From Klebsormidium nitens (Eukaryota > Plantae > Klebsormidiophyceae), in the NCBI GenBank assembly GCA_000708835.1, contig DF237127.1:1-64000 (forward strand): DNA of 64,000 bases. Reading direction: 5' to 3'. Positions 1-11,500 of the stretch are shown piece after piece (positions within the stretch are counted from its first letter, which is position 1; each line of letters opens with the position of its first letter). The notes beneath the pieces are model-generated. The model was not told the origin of the DNA. It saw only the letters and a list, made by a program, of their open reading frames with translations, and searched no databases. The position numbers were made by a program, and so were the translations under genes.

Positions 1-344
1 CGTTCATAAATAAATATTCGCACCAAGGTGGTGCGAATGGACAATGTCTCTACGGTAGCTCCAATCCAGCAAACAAATTATGCATGTATAATATATGGCA
101 TCACGTCATCTCATAGCCCATGAAATAGAAGCAGGAGGCTATCGATGCCAGGATACGTGATATGATACTAATACTAATGGTGCAGCTTGTGGTACGGGGA
201 AGCGCGGATGGATCAGGCCGCGGTACGTACTGGAAACGCGGATGGTGCAGGCTGTGGTACCGCCGCGGCTCTGACCGGTGCAGTACCGGGAGGCCAGCTT
301 GCGGAACCGGCGTTGAATATCAATATTTATCCCTCGACCTAGCA

Positions 345-406
345 GTGGAATATCAAAATTTATTCCACGCCCGGCCGTGGAATATCAAAATTTATTCCAC
401 GCCCGG
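345..406. repeat. Two identical 30-bp direct repeats (period 32), each an internal hairpin
   Basis: GTGGAATATCAAAATTTATTCCACGCCCGG at 345-374 and 377-406; the GTGGAATA/TATTCCAC arms are complementary. A degenerate related unit lies at ~312-331. Confidence 0.85.
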
Positions 407-761
407 GTCTACACGCGTGACTCTGTTTCATCCAGCTCAGAATATGCCGGTTATCCAACGAAAATTTGCCTGGCCGCAAAACTCGGTCGTGGGATAAGAT
501 ACTAATAGTGCGTGGGCGCTGCGCAGGATGCACAATTGGCCTTAAAAAGTTCGTGCGCTCACGTGAGCACGCTTAAGCAAGAAAGCTTCTCTCTTCCGAG
601 CTGAGGGGGCTTCAATGCGGTTTTTTAAGTGCCGAGATTGAGGAGCTGATCAAGAGGAGAATCCTTGAGGAATCACGATGTCCTAGGGAAGCATCGCACG
701 GATTGGTCCCTTAGACAAATTGTTGAAGCTACTAATACCTGCTCTCATGGACAGCATTACA

Positions 762-3700
762 ATGGCAGCCCCCTCTTTGCTGGATCCGGGCACGGAGGAA
801 AATGTCAACCAGGCACAGAAAGAAAGAATGAAGAAGATCCTGAAGTCTCAAATGCAGGTTCTGGTGCAGGCTAATCGCCGAGCAGAGAAGGAGGTGAGCA
901 AGGACGCGTAAGATTAGGGTTTGCAAATTAGGGTTCTGGCTTCTTGACCATCAACGCCTATCAGCTAGCCCAACTAAGATGGTTGATCTGAGGTTGGTAA
1001 AATAGCTCTCAAACGTCTGTATTCAAACTGACCGTGATCACTTGTCAAAAGGTATCCCAGAACTGTGAGTTTTAGAAGCAGGCCCCCCAAAAACTGCAGT
1101 CCGTTTCTTAGAGGCTTGCAATAACGCCCGTATGTGTCTTGGATGAGAAAGGGTCTTCTGGATGAGCTTACTGTCACCAAGACTTGTTTGATTGATCTGA
1201 GTTTGCCCCCAGTCTCTCCCTGCTTTTTGGAGTTCGTAGCCACTGTTAGACAGAGCAGAGCATTCTCCTTGTAAGTTCACAGGACGCAAAAAGTACCATG
1301 AGGAGACTAGAATGCACATGCTCAGAAAAGGAAGAAGTCAGCAATCTGCATATGGACCCCCAATGTTTGGCTGCGAGTTGCTGAGCTGAAGCACAAGAGC
1401 TCAAAGAAGGGAACAAGGATAAAAGTCAACTGCCTTATGAGAGCCCCACTCCCCGGCTGCAGATTGCTGATTTGAAGCGCCAGGTGTCAGTGAGTAGGTG
1501 CAACCGCCTAGTAGCAGAGCTGAAGCAAGACCTGGCGGAGCAAGATCAGGGTAAGAGGGTGCCTGGGAAAGGGCTTTGCACCTTAAGTGGGAACCTGAAG
1601 CATTGGCTGTTGACAGTGAGGGGCCCCAGAAGGGGAACCTAATCCAAATCAAGTTGAAGCGGTGGTTCTGATGTGCCCCAAGCTGATCAAAGGGATTTAG
1701 GGGAGTTTTAGGGGAGTGTGTTAAAATGAAAACCCAGCTAATTCAGAAAGCTCACAAAGATGAGAAGAGAATTTTGTTTGAGATTTGCAGTCATTACTGG
1801 GTCATCGAAGTTGCGGATGATAGCCCAGTTTGTAAACCATGGTTTGTAATCCGTTGTGGAACCTTTGACCATCTTGTGCTGGCTTCCCCTTGGTTCTCTG
1901 GACCAAGGCAGACCCTTCTGGAAATATCCACTGTGGTTGGATTGAGGATATTCTGATGCTCCTTTTGCGGTTATGTCCCCCCCAAATCTTCAACACAAGC
2001 AAGGCAGTTTGAAACGCTCTTACTCTTCCCGCCATGCAGTCATAGAGGTGCTGCGAAAGGAGCTCCGCCTGCGAGGGGCGTGTGATGAAGAGGTGGGGCT
2101 CCGACCCTACATGAAGGTGTAAGCATCGAATGGACATTTCTAAGGAAACTTGTGAAATTCATTGACTTAAGCTGGGTTCTTACGAGTTAAGCCCTCGGGC
2201 AGCAGTGATGCAATCAATTAGGGGTCAGCGGGTGTGTTTCCACAACGACCAGAAAACAAGTTCGGAACTCGACAGAACTTCAACCCTTTGTTGCTCAAGT
2301 CGAGACAAGTGCCACGGAGAATCGTGATATTGACCCGATCAATCCATCATCTTGGCCCCCTTTTCGAGGATGAAACGTGTTCATCCAAGCTGGTGGGGAC
2401 AGACAATTACTGATGAAGCACGTTGGGTCGTTCCCAAGTCCCCTGTGACGGCTTCATTGGTAAAGATCTCGACCTTCGTTTCAGCAAGGTTACGATTTCA
2501 CCTCAAATGTCGTCGTTTGCCAGATTGACGAGGCGCTCCATCGTCAACTCTTTGAGGCGGAAAGGGCTCCGGGGGCTTCAAGAGAGCAACTCAAACGAGA
2601 CGTGAGAAACTTTGACACTCTTTTAAAGAAAACAGCGGCCATGAGCTGGCTCGAAAAATTCTCGTGTCGTGCACAAGTAAAACGTTAGTCTGATCGAGAG
2701 TCTCAGATCCCTCCTCTCCTGCAAGGAAGTGACAATGTTCTTGCTTTCCGTCTCTGCGGAGAATGGGTACTGCGACAAAAGTTTCTGATTTCTTATCCAG
2801 TTGTGGCCCCCATTTTCCCTGAGGTAGTTGAGCACTGATTCTCCACATCTTCAATCAAAGTACAAGTTGCTTCTTTTCTGTCGGCAGAGGGCGCAACAGA
2901 CAGCGACGAAAAGAGAACGGAAAACCAAAGAAGATTGGTCACCGAGTTCATTGCTTGCAAATGGCACGCCAAGCCTCAGCCATTGACACTTCAGCAAATG
3001 ACTTGCTCGATTGGGCTCACACAGCTTCAAATTGAGCTCATGCGAGCTCGTTTCAATGAGATTAAGCAGATAGCGAGCAGATGCGCAATGAGAAGGCTAC
3101 ATCGTCCAACCTGGAGTCACATTGGCCTCCCGATTCCAAAAGGAGCAAAAGGTTGCCAAGGGGCAAGCCTTCGCCGCTCCATTCGAACGCTCTTTGACGA
3201 CGATTCTTTCATCAATTCGCCATCTTTTGTTCTTTTCACATTCATGGACATTTCGTAACAAAAGTAGCCCCTTTGCCAAAACTCAACCTGGGCTTTAATT
3301 TGTGTTCCGTTCGATATGCAGTTGAAAGAGGTCAAGGTAAAGCAGCAAACGCTAACGCTCCAGCTGGAAAAAGAGCGCACGTCCACCGCCCGGCACGTCC
3401 ACTCCGCGGAGCAAGCTAAGGAACTGGCGAGACTGGCCGTGAAACACGCAGGGAAAGCACGTGGGTTTCTCCTTCTCCTCTTGCCTGTCGTGTTTGATCC
3501 TTCCTCGTCAAAGAATAGCCCTTCCAGTCCGCTCTCCCACTTGGAAAGTCTACTTTTTGATCCTGTCGGCCTCTCGAGCGACAGTCACTGCCCGAAAGTA
3601 GTCCAAGGAGTCGCCATGAATTGCACGGTGACAGTCAAAATCGTAATGCAATTTTCAAACAAAGATTTACAAGTAGACACGGGGTCAAAGATCAACCACA

Positions 3701-4768
3701 TCACGAATGGAGGAGCAAAAGTCATAAGAACAGATGGGTACCTTCCATCATCTCCTGAGCGAGGGATGGCCGCTTGAGAAAGGCATTGCGCTTGTGGACA
3801 GTCTATGTACATCACGTGTGAAAAAGTAACGAGTGGCAAAAATGGACACGTGGCATCATCTCCGCAGGGAACGGCGAGAACGTGGCGGGAAAGCGGGCGG
3901 CGCTGGAGGCCGTGAAGCGACTGCTCCCACTGGAAGCAGTCTCGGAGGTCGCCCAACAGGCGGAGGATGTTGTCTCAGCCGTCGATATCCGGCGGGCGGA
4001 GGAAGAGGTAAGGTCGAACGACTTCTTAGAAATACGGGGACAGGATCCAAGGACACGAATACTTTGAGTCTTTTTCTAAAGTGATCGTCACACCAGGTCC
4101 GACATATTGCAATCTGCTATGGAACCGAAGGTTCGCACTCCACATGTTTCGCACGCTTACCAACGCTGCTTGCACCCTTTTTAAGGTGTGACCTTTCAAC
4201 TGCGAAGGCATTTACCACCTTAATGTGCCTCATCAGATCTTTCTCGCTTTCAAACATTGAAAGGCAGCTGTGCTTCAGGTTTCAAGTTGACCACCTGCGA
4301 GATGGGTCGATCGATGACGAATGCCTGCCCTCAGAAGTTCTCGTGAACGAAGAATGTTCCTGCCTTTAGCGAACCCTCCGGTTCTAAAGATTGGGGTCTC
4401 TTTAAGCTGAAGTTAATTGCTGAAAGAAAATCGGGTTTACGTCTTCGTTTGTTATCGACTTGTCTGGCTGTGCCACAGTCAACCTCCAATCGTACGGCTG
4501 TCTTAGAAGGTCTTCATTTCGTAAATGACCAAGTAATTCACAACAACTGTTTCTTCTGCAGAACGAAGCTGGAACGATGTCCGAGAAGGACGCAAGTCCC
4601 CAGAAGCGTTGGACGGACGGTACCATCTTGTCGCGCCCCGTCGCTGCCACAATTAGGTCGATGAAACGAACGGTGCCTTTGCAGGAGTTGATGTCTATGG
4701 TAAACAGTCTAGAAGAGATGTTGGTAAATCCACCCAGCGCAACCCATGAATTCCGGACTAACGGTTGA
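762..4768 (+). CDS. Hypothetical coiled-coil protein, multi-exon (about 8 exons)
   Basis: Phase-consistent GT-AG exons: 762-893 (MAAPSLLDPGTEENVNQAQKERMKKILKSQMQVLVQANRRAEKE), 1463-1550 (IADLKRQVSVSRCNRLVAELKQDLAEQDQ), 2040-2116, 2485-2601, one or more unresolved exons ~2888-3080, ~3321-3460 (LKEVKVKQQTLTLQLEKER), ~3868-4008, 4562-4768 (ends TGA). E/K/Q/L-rich heptad-like peptides; no family motif recognised. Confidence 0.6.
913..936. promoter_or_regulatory. Two telo-box motifs (AAACCCTAA on - strand) at the start of intron 1 of the coiled-coil gene
   Basis: ATTAGGGTTTGCAAATTAGGGTTT about 20 bp after the first donor (894). Telo-boxes are established plant cis-elements near transcription starts; function here is inferred. 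Confidence 0.4.
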
Positions 4769-5535
4769 GCTAGTAGCGTATTTTCACGACAGCCATGGAT
4801 CGATTCTTGCGGCGCGGGACAGTGGTCTTACAACCGCTGTCACCGCTTCTTTGATATGCACTGTCATAATTTGCACAGGTTAAAGCCGCGGGAGTGGCCA
4901 TCAGTGCGCTTGTGCGAAGTTGGAGATGAGATGCATGATTCAAGTGTGACATTATGAGACGCAAGCGAATGCGTTGCACGCCATCATTGATATGGTCACG
5001 GTGACTGGAGCTGCCGCGCATGAACAGCTGACGAGCGTCCATCCAAGCTCCTCTGGCATGACAACAGAAAGTGTATGCACGCGCTAGCTAGCACCTGCTC
5101 GACGCCGATGCACGGCTGGCATGCATAAATGCCAATTACACGCAAGAATCTCACACGATTGACCTCCGACGCACTGAAACGTGCTAGAACACACATATGC
5201 TCAGGGTTCATACCCAATTGCGAGAGATCAAGGGTCAACATTAGCTAGCTAGCAATACCCAATGCTTTTAGTACCAATTAAGGCCGCGGATCGACGCGAC
5301 CAGCGAAATGCACGAGCGAGCGAGTACTGGTCCCGCCGCCCGATTGGAATATTCTGCCTTCGTATCTCGCTGTATCGATGTCGTAGGCGCAAGCCGCGTC
5401 TCTTCAGATCTCATGACTACAATCGACGTCTTTGAAAATTAACCGCTTTGACTGTCACTGTGAGCACCTGATATTGCCAGACACCTTAAGTTGGTCCGAT
5501 CCATCGCGTGCAGCGAACCCTGTCTAAATTGTATG

Positions 5536-8500
5536 CTAACCAATGCATACAATATTGCAAGTGGTACTGGCGAGGAACCCCTCCGGCAACGGCCTTCCAA
5601 GCTCTTTGCTATCTGACTCGATCTGCCTCTCTGCGTCGCTTTCGCGAAGCTGGTAATGGACCCACAGTCGGCACGTGGGGTGCACATAGCTCTTCCCCCC
5701 CGCGATCTCGTATATGAGCTCGCATAACCTTTTGCTCCACTCAGGCTCTGTCTCTAGCCCCAGGATGCACACCCATCCGCCGCTCCTCTGGGCGGTGTGA
5801 ATAGCCTCCTCCGCCTCGCCGCCGTGGTTCTGTCCCAGGCACACCGTCGCGATGACGTCACTCGGCATCTCTTCCACTTTCGCCAAACGGTTGATGACGT
5901 CAACCACCGCGAACCCGCTCGAAGCTCGGACAACCACCAGAGGTCTCTGGACCGAAGTCTCCCCGAGAGCCTGCTTCACCAAGCGCAGAGCGCGTTCCGC
6001 TGACGCCTTCCGGTTCCGTTGTACCGACGGAATTCCCAACACCCCCAGGTCACCTGTTCCGCTCAACGTCAGCTGCTGCGACTCGAGGCCCGCCCGGGGA
6101 CTTCGACCCAAATCCACGCCGCTTCCGGCCACACCGCAAATGACGTCCGATTCTGTGTGCACAGTGACGTCACTGTCCGGATGCAAATCCGCCGGCGCTC
6201 CGAGCAGATTTGCGGACAGCCACGCCAGTGCGGACGCTAATGCGTCCGGATGCAGCGCTTTAAAGAGCGCCACGTGTTGCAAGATCCCCAGCTTTTCGCT
6301 CGCCGGCTCAGACTTGCACGCTGCCAAGTATGCAGCAAATGTTGGCAGACTTTGGGGACCAGATTCCGGTTCCGGTCCCGGTGACATCCCGTCCTTGTTT
6401 TCCACTAACCGCCCCAGCGTACCCTTGAGGTCTTTCAGCGCGACTGCGAAAGGGTTCGGCCCTCCGGGGAACTCTCGCCGCAATTCGGCGAGGCGACCCA
6501 ATTGCGCTGCCTTGGCTGAGCCGGGTCGCCCATTTTCGTTCATTCTTTCTTCTTTCGCCACCGTTTCAGTTGCGCGGCTTTCTCCTGCCGCCAAGTTTGG
6601 CGTCCGCTTTGTTTCTGACGGAGCCATCCCCAAGTCTTCTGCTTCATCCTTCCCAGAGCTGGCTACCAACTCCCCCGTTGACGTCATGCGGACGTCATCA
6701 TCCGCTCCAGGGCCCCCTGTGCCCGCGCGCATCCCCCGGGAGGCGATCCACTCCCACTCATCCCGTCCCGCGAAGCCTTCCGCGGCCAAAAGACGACCGG
6801 TAACCACTCCCCGAAGCGTCCGAGCCTCCGCTGACGTCAGCCGCGCCGCCAGCCGATCCAACAGGAACGACGTCAGCCGCTCGACCAGGGACTCCGCGCT
6901 TCCGGAGGACTCCCGGTTCCGCCGGAACAGCTCGAGCTGCTCCGCGAAGCCCGGCAGGTGACCGTACGGATCCTCTCCGGTTGCGTCCGAAGTCGCTTCT
7001 GCGGCGTCCGGAATTGGGACACCTGTTGCGTCCCTGGTTGTGACACGTGTCCGCCGCTTCGGAGTTTCGCTCGAGAGGGGCGACCGCTCGGGAGACGCTT
7101 CTCCGCGAGCGCTCTCCTCCTCGCTGTCCGACTCCGTTCCGCTCGTGTCAGCGTTCCGCTGTTCCGCTCTCCCTGTATCTTGTTCCGTCCTGAAAGTTCG
7201 TGGATCTACTTGACCTGTCCGCGCTTCCGTTCCGTCCTCGGCCCCCTCGATTCCGGCGGCGACGCCCATTCCTTGCAGAACCAAACCCTTAAACCTCGCC
7301 CATGAGACGAAGTGCGCGCCGTTGTCGCCGCTAAGCGCGCGCACAGCCGCGAACACCAAAGAGGCCCTGTCCGACAGAAGTCGGTACACTTCCCGGCTCA
7401 AATTCACCTCCTCCAGCATCAACAAGGCCCCCTCGATGTGCAGAGTCAACGCCTCTGACGCGACCGCGTTTTCTTCGATCTCGACGAGAACAGCGTCGTC
7501 TACCGGAATGGGGGGACTCTGTTCGGGTGTGTCTGAGTCTCGAGGCGCGCCGAAGGCTGACACTATGCGCTCCTCGTGGACTTGGAGAGTCTGCACAGGA
7601 AATGACTGGTGTCAGCGGGCGGTAAGGGTTGTGTGAGGGTACTAAAGAGAGCCCCAAAAACGGCAATCCATCATGCTTACGCCGGGAAACTTTCAAGGTA
7701 CTTGTCTCATCCTCATGAAGTTGGTTATGTCATAGCTTTGAACGGGCTCTTGGAGTGACCTTCAAAGAATCTGAACGTCTCGACAATCCTGCCCCATAGA
7801 GCTCTTTCGTAGAGAGGACAAGAACGGAACTTCCATCTTGAGACTCGTGTGAGCAACTGATTGACGGCTTCTTCCAAGCAAACCTGCCGGGTTTCGTGGA
7901 CCCTTTGATTCGAAATCTTCAGTCTGCGACTGACTCAAACTAGACGAGATTACACACTTAATTAAGTTAGCAGTCACAAGAGAGATCTGGCAAAGTCCGA
8001 TCTGCCTGTTTCATCGTCTCCCGACTGACTGCAAGCCCGGTTTTTAATATCAATGTCCCCACGTCCACACATGCGCCAAACATGCGGCTTACGAGGTCAA
8101 CATATCTCCCTCCCATTCTCTTCTTCTAAAGTTGTCATATGAGAAGCCCAGAACCTTCTGTATCGGTGTCTCCAAACAGAAGACCAGAACACTCAAAGAG
8201 CGTTTTTAGCAAAGACACAGCTTACCTGTCTCATGGTTTCCAGACTGGTCCTTAACACCCGCCCCCGCGCTTCGACCTCCGAAATCACGTGTTCCGCTAC
8301 CGCGGCCAGCATCCGATCTCCGCCGGAACTCACATTTTCCGCCGCGCGGCCCCCGAAACTTTCCACCGAGAAGTCGACCACGTTCCACAGCCCAATAACA
8401 TACCCAGGCAAAGCGCCTGGGTTGGGGTGCGTCGTATACAGGATGACGTCATGCGGGCCCCGTAGCTCAGCGAGAGGCAACAGCCCCTCGCCGACGTCAT

Positions 8501-11500
8501 CCGCGCTGGACTCGGAATTGCTGCTTACAGGGCCCCCGTCTTTCCGCTCCGCTTTCGCTTTCTTCTGAAGCTCTTGGGCGTATGCACACGCCTCGGCGGC
8601 GACCGTCAGATCCGGCCACGTGGCGCTGCTAGGGCCGTCGATCTGCAGGCACACCTTGGCTCCGCTCTCCAGCGCCTCGCGGGTCTTTTGGAGCGCGCCC
8701 GCGACCGCCGCGCGGATCCGCTTCCACCTGAACCCTGACACGTCAGCAGTGCTGACGTTACCGTGCGGACCGGGCCCCGTAATTCCCCATTTTGGCTCCG
8801 TTTGCCCCGCCTGAAATGCGACGCTCAGGATTGCAAGTCCTCCCAGACGTTCAAACTCTCCGTCCGGATCCACGATCAGCGGCGGCCTGTGTCCGTATAT
8901 CGCTGACGTCATCTTCTCCATGACGTCATCTCCCACCGGCTCCGTTTCCGGTCCGGCGGGCGGGGTTGCCGTCAGCTGACGCACGATTGACGTCGCGGGG
9001 GTCACGTTCCGTAACCAGCTCCGTAATCCGAAACTCGACCCGCGTCCCACCGACGTTGACACTCCCGCTTCCACGCATCCCTTGGCCCAGTCTGCCAAGC
9101 ACGCCTTCTTCTCCGCTGGTGTCAAGGCGCCCAGAAACGTCGCGATGCCGGCCGCAAGGATTGCGTCGCCCGGCAGATTCTCCAACTGCGCGCGCACGGC
9201 TGACAGCTGGCGCTCCCAGATTGGTCGGCGGCCTGCCAGGTGGCGCAGGAGCAGGCTCGAGCGGTCGCCGTGCTGGTACACGTCAGCGAGCCGCGCTTCC
9301 GCCTGCGTCTGCTTACCCATAACCTGAGGGATAACAAAACATGGAATGTAAATAGCAAAGTAGGATTACGCTGCCCTTGTTTACTATCTGAAAGCATTCT
9401 AGAATCCAAAAGCCTCGGCAGAAGCTCTTATGCAGAACGTCTTGGAGGCCGCCCTTGCTTCAGCCGGCTTCTTCTTGACCCCTCCGCGTTTGGGGGGTTA
9501 CTTGTTTCCCTGTCTTTCTCGCAAATGCCTTGAATCGCCGTCGCCGCGAAGAGAACAAGAGATACCCCCGCAAAGGCCCAGCGGGTGTCGTGTCACCTCT
9601 TTGGCCCCTTGTAACCTTTGCACGAATTCCAAGCCTCTTCCAAAAATTGAATAGTTTGCGTGTAGATCCGTGAAGCACATGACACGAAACATATTGCATC
9701 GAGCACGCTTTTCCCGCGAAAGCACGCTTGAGCCGGCCCACCTTCGAGTCCTTCGCCTGCCATCACTCCCGTCTGCCCCTCGAGCACTTCCCTCAGACTT
9801 GTACGGCTTAGAGGCTTGATGAGAAACCAAATTCCATCTGTATCATAGAGAGCTAAGATAAACCCTGCCGCGCACCTCGACATACGAGCGCTTCAGCCGC
9901 CCCATCGTCACTCGTCCGCCTGCAGCCGCTGCCGCCGTCTCCTGAGCACTTGATTCGAAACTTGCACTACTAAATACAGGTGAATTCTGAGAAGCAGACC
10001 CCAAAAAACGGAGATATATTCCCAATAAATGAAATATATTCTGGCGCCCACCTCGACATATGCGCGCTTGAGCCGCCCCATCTCCGACTCGTCCGCCTGC
10101 AGCCGCTGCCGCCGTTCCTGCAGCCGGATCGCCTCCTCGTCCACTTTTCGCTGCACCGCGCCCAGCCGGCGGCCCTTCTCCTTGACGCTCGCGCGCGCGC
10201 GCGCGTACTCGACGACCGCGAGCACCCACATGCACAGCGAGCAGCACGCCTTACTGACCTGCTCCACCGCGGCGGGGGTGAAGCTGGGGTGGTGAACGTA
10301 CCTAGGAAAAGATGGGTGCATAGTTAAGCAGGGTTTTGATCTGAGATCTTCTTTTAGGAGTGATGAGTGACAGGTTCAGGACATTGGAAAGACTCGCAAA
10401 TAAAGCGATCAGCACGCCTTAAGTTGCTGCTCGACAGCGGCATGGGTGAAGCTTTGATGGTACACGTACTTGGGAGAGGAGGGGGACAGTTCTTCAAGAT
10501 TTTTTTTGACTTCGTGGGTTCTAGGGTTTAGGGAAGTGGAAGAGAAGTTATCTACGGATTTCATAACTCTGTGCATGTGCCTTAAGGTTTAGAGAGGGTG
10601 GGTTTCAGCTGACCGCAAAGCATGGAAATTAATGCAGAGAGCCGCACGTTTCTGAAACATTTCTTCCTCCGCGGCGGGGTCAAAGCTCGGCTGGTTTGGG
10701 GAAAAGAATCAGAGTTTCAGAGGCTCAGTTTTGAGGATTCTCAAGAATGTGAAGTTCCAAAAGGTGCCTTGGAGTGTTTGACAACCCATTCCATTGACGG
10801 TCTCCTACGAGAGCACCTTAAGAAGGGATTACGCATCTTACCGAGACTTTATCTTCACCGCCTTTCCCAATTAGGTAACCATACGAGGCGAACTGAATCC
10901 AAAGTATCAGACACATCCGTTCACAAACCACCGCAATGGTGAACCTCAGCAATAAACAGTTTTGCAAAAGAAAAAAGAGGTTTATGCTCAGTACTGAGCT
11001 CAGTAATGAGTTACCGACCCTACTTAATACTCACTTTTGCAGTGCTTTGAGCGTCTTGTCCGGAATCCGGTCCTTGTCGAGGCCGGCGATCCGGCTGCGC
11101 GCCTCGTTGTCCGCGAGCATCCGGCGCGCGCTTTCCCAGTCCGGGGGGGTGCCCATCAGTAAGCAAACCGCCTCCATCACAGTCTTAACGAGGGGGGGGG
11201 GAGTCGAAAAGGATTTTAACTCGACCATGTCGTCACGCGCGAGGTGCGTGATTTCCAGCAATGCGTCTTCGTACACTTCCGCCGTCCGGCGGAGTTCTGT
11301 TTGGGAGGCGGACGTCAGGGCCTCGATCTCGCGCAACTGTAAGAAAGAGGGAAAGCAGTCACATTAAAAGTAGGAGGCAAGGAAGGACAGTGTCGCAAGA
11401 GAACAGAGTTATATGCTCTACGTTTTGGAGTGAGAATGACGCGAGCACAATCTGGTTACCACATGAGACGGATGGAGAATATGGTTACACGAGAACGAAG

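Noticed and set aside
974-1956. Short ORFs in introns 1-2 of the coiled-coil gene considered as transposase remnants
   Set aside because: No DDE or RT motif, TIR or TSD could be identified.
5852-6961. 369-aa plus-strand ORF and many other long ORFs antisense to dynein exons (e.g. 12470-15885, 37694-38091)
   Set aside because: These are shadow ORFs of GC-rich coding sequence with S/R/A/P-rich composition and no motifs; the minus strand carries the recognisable dynein domains.
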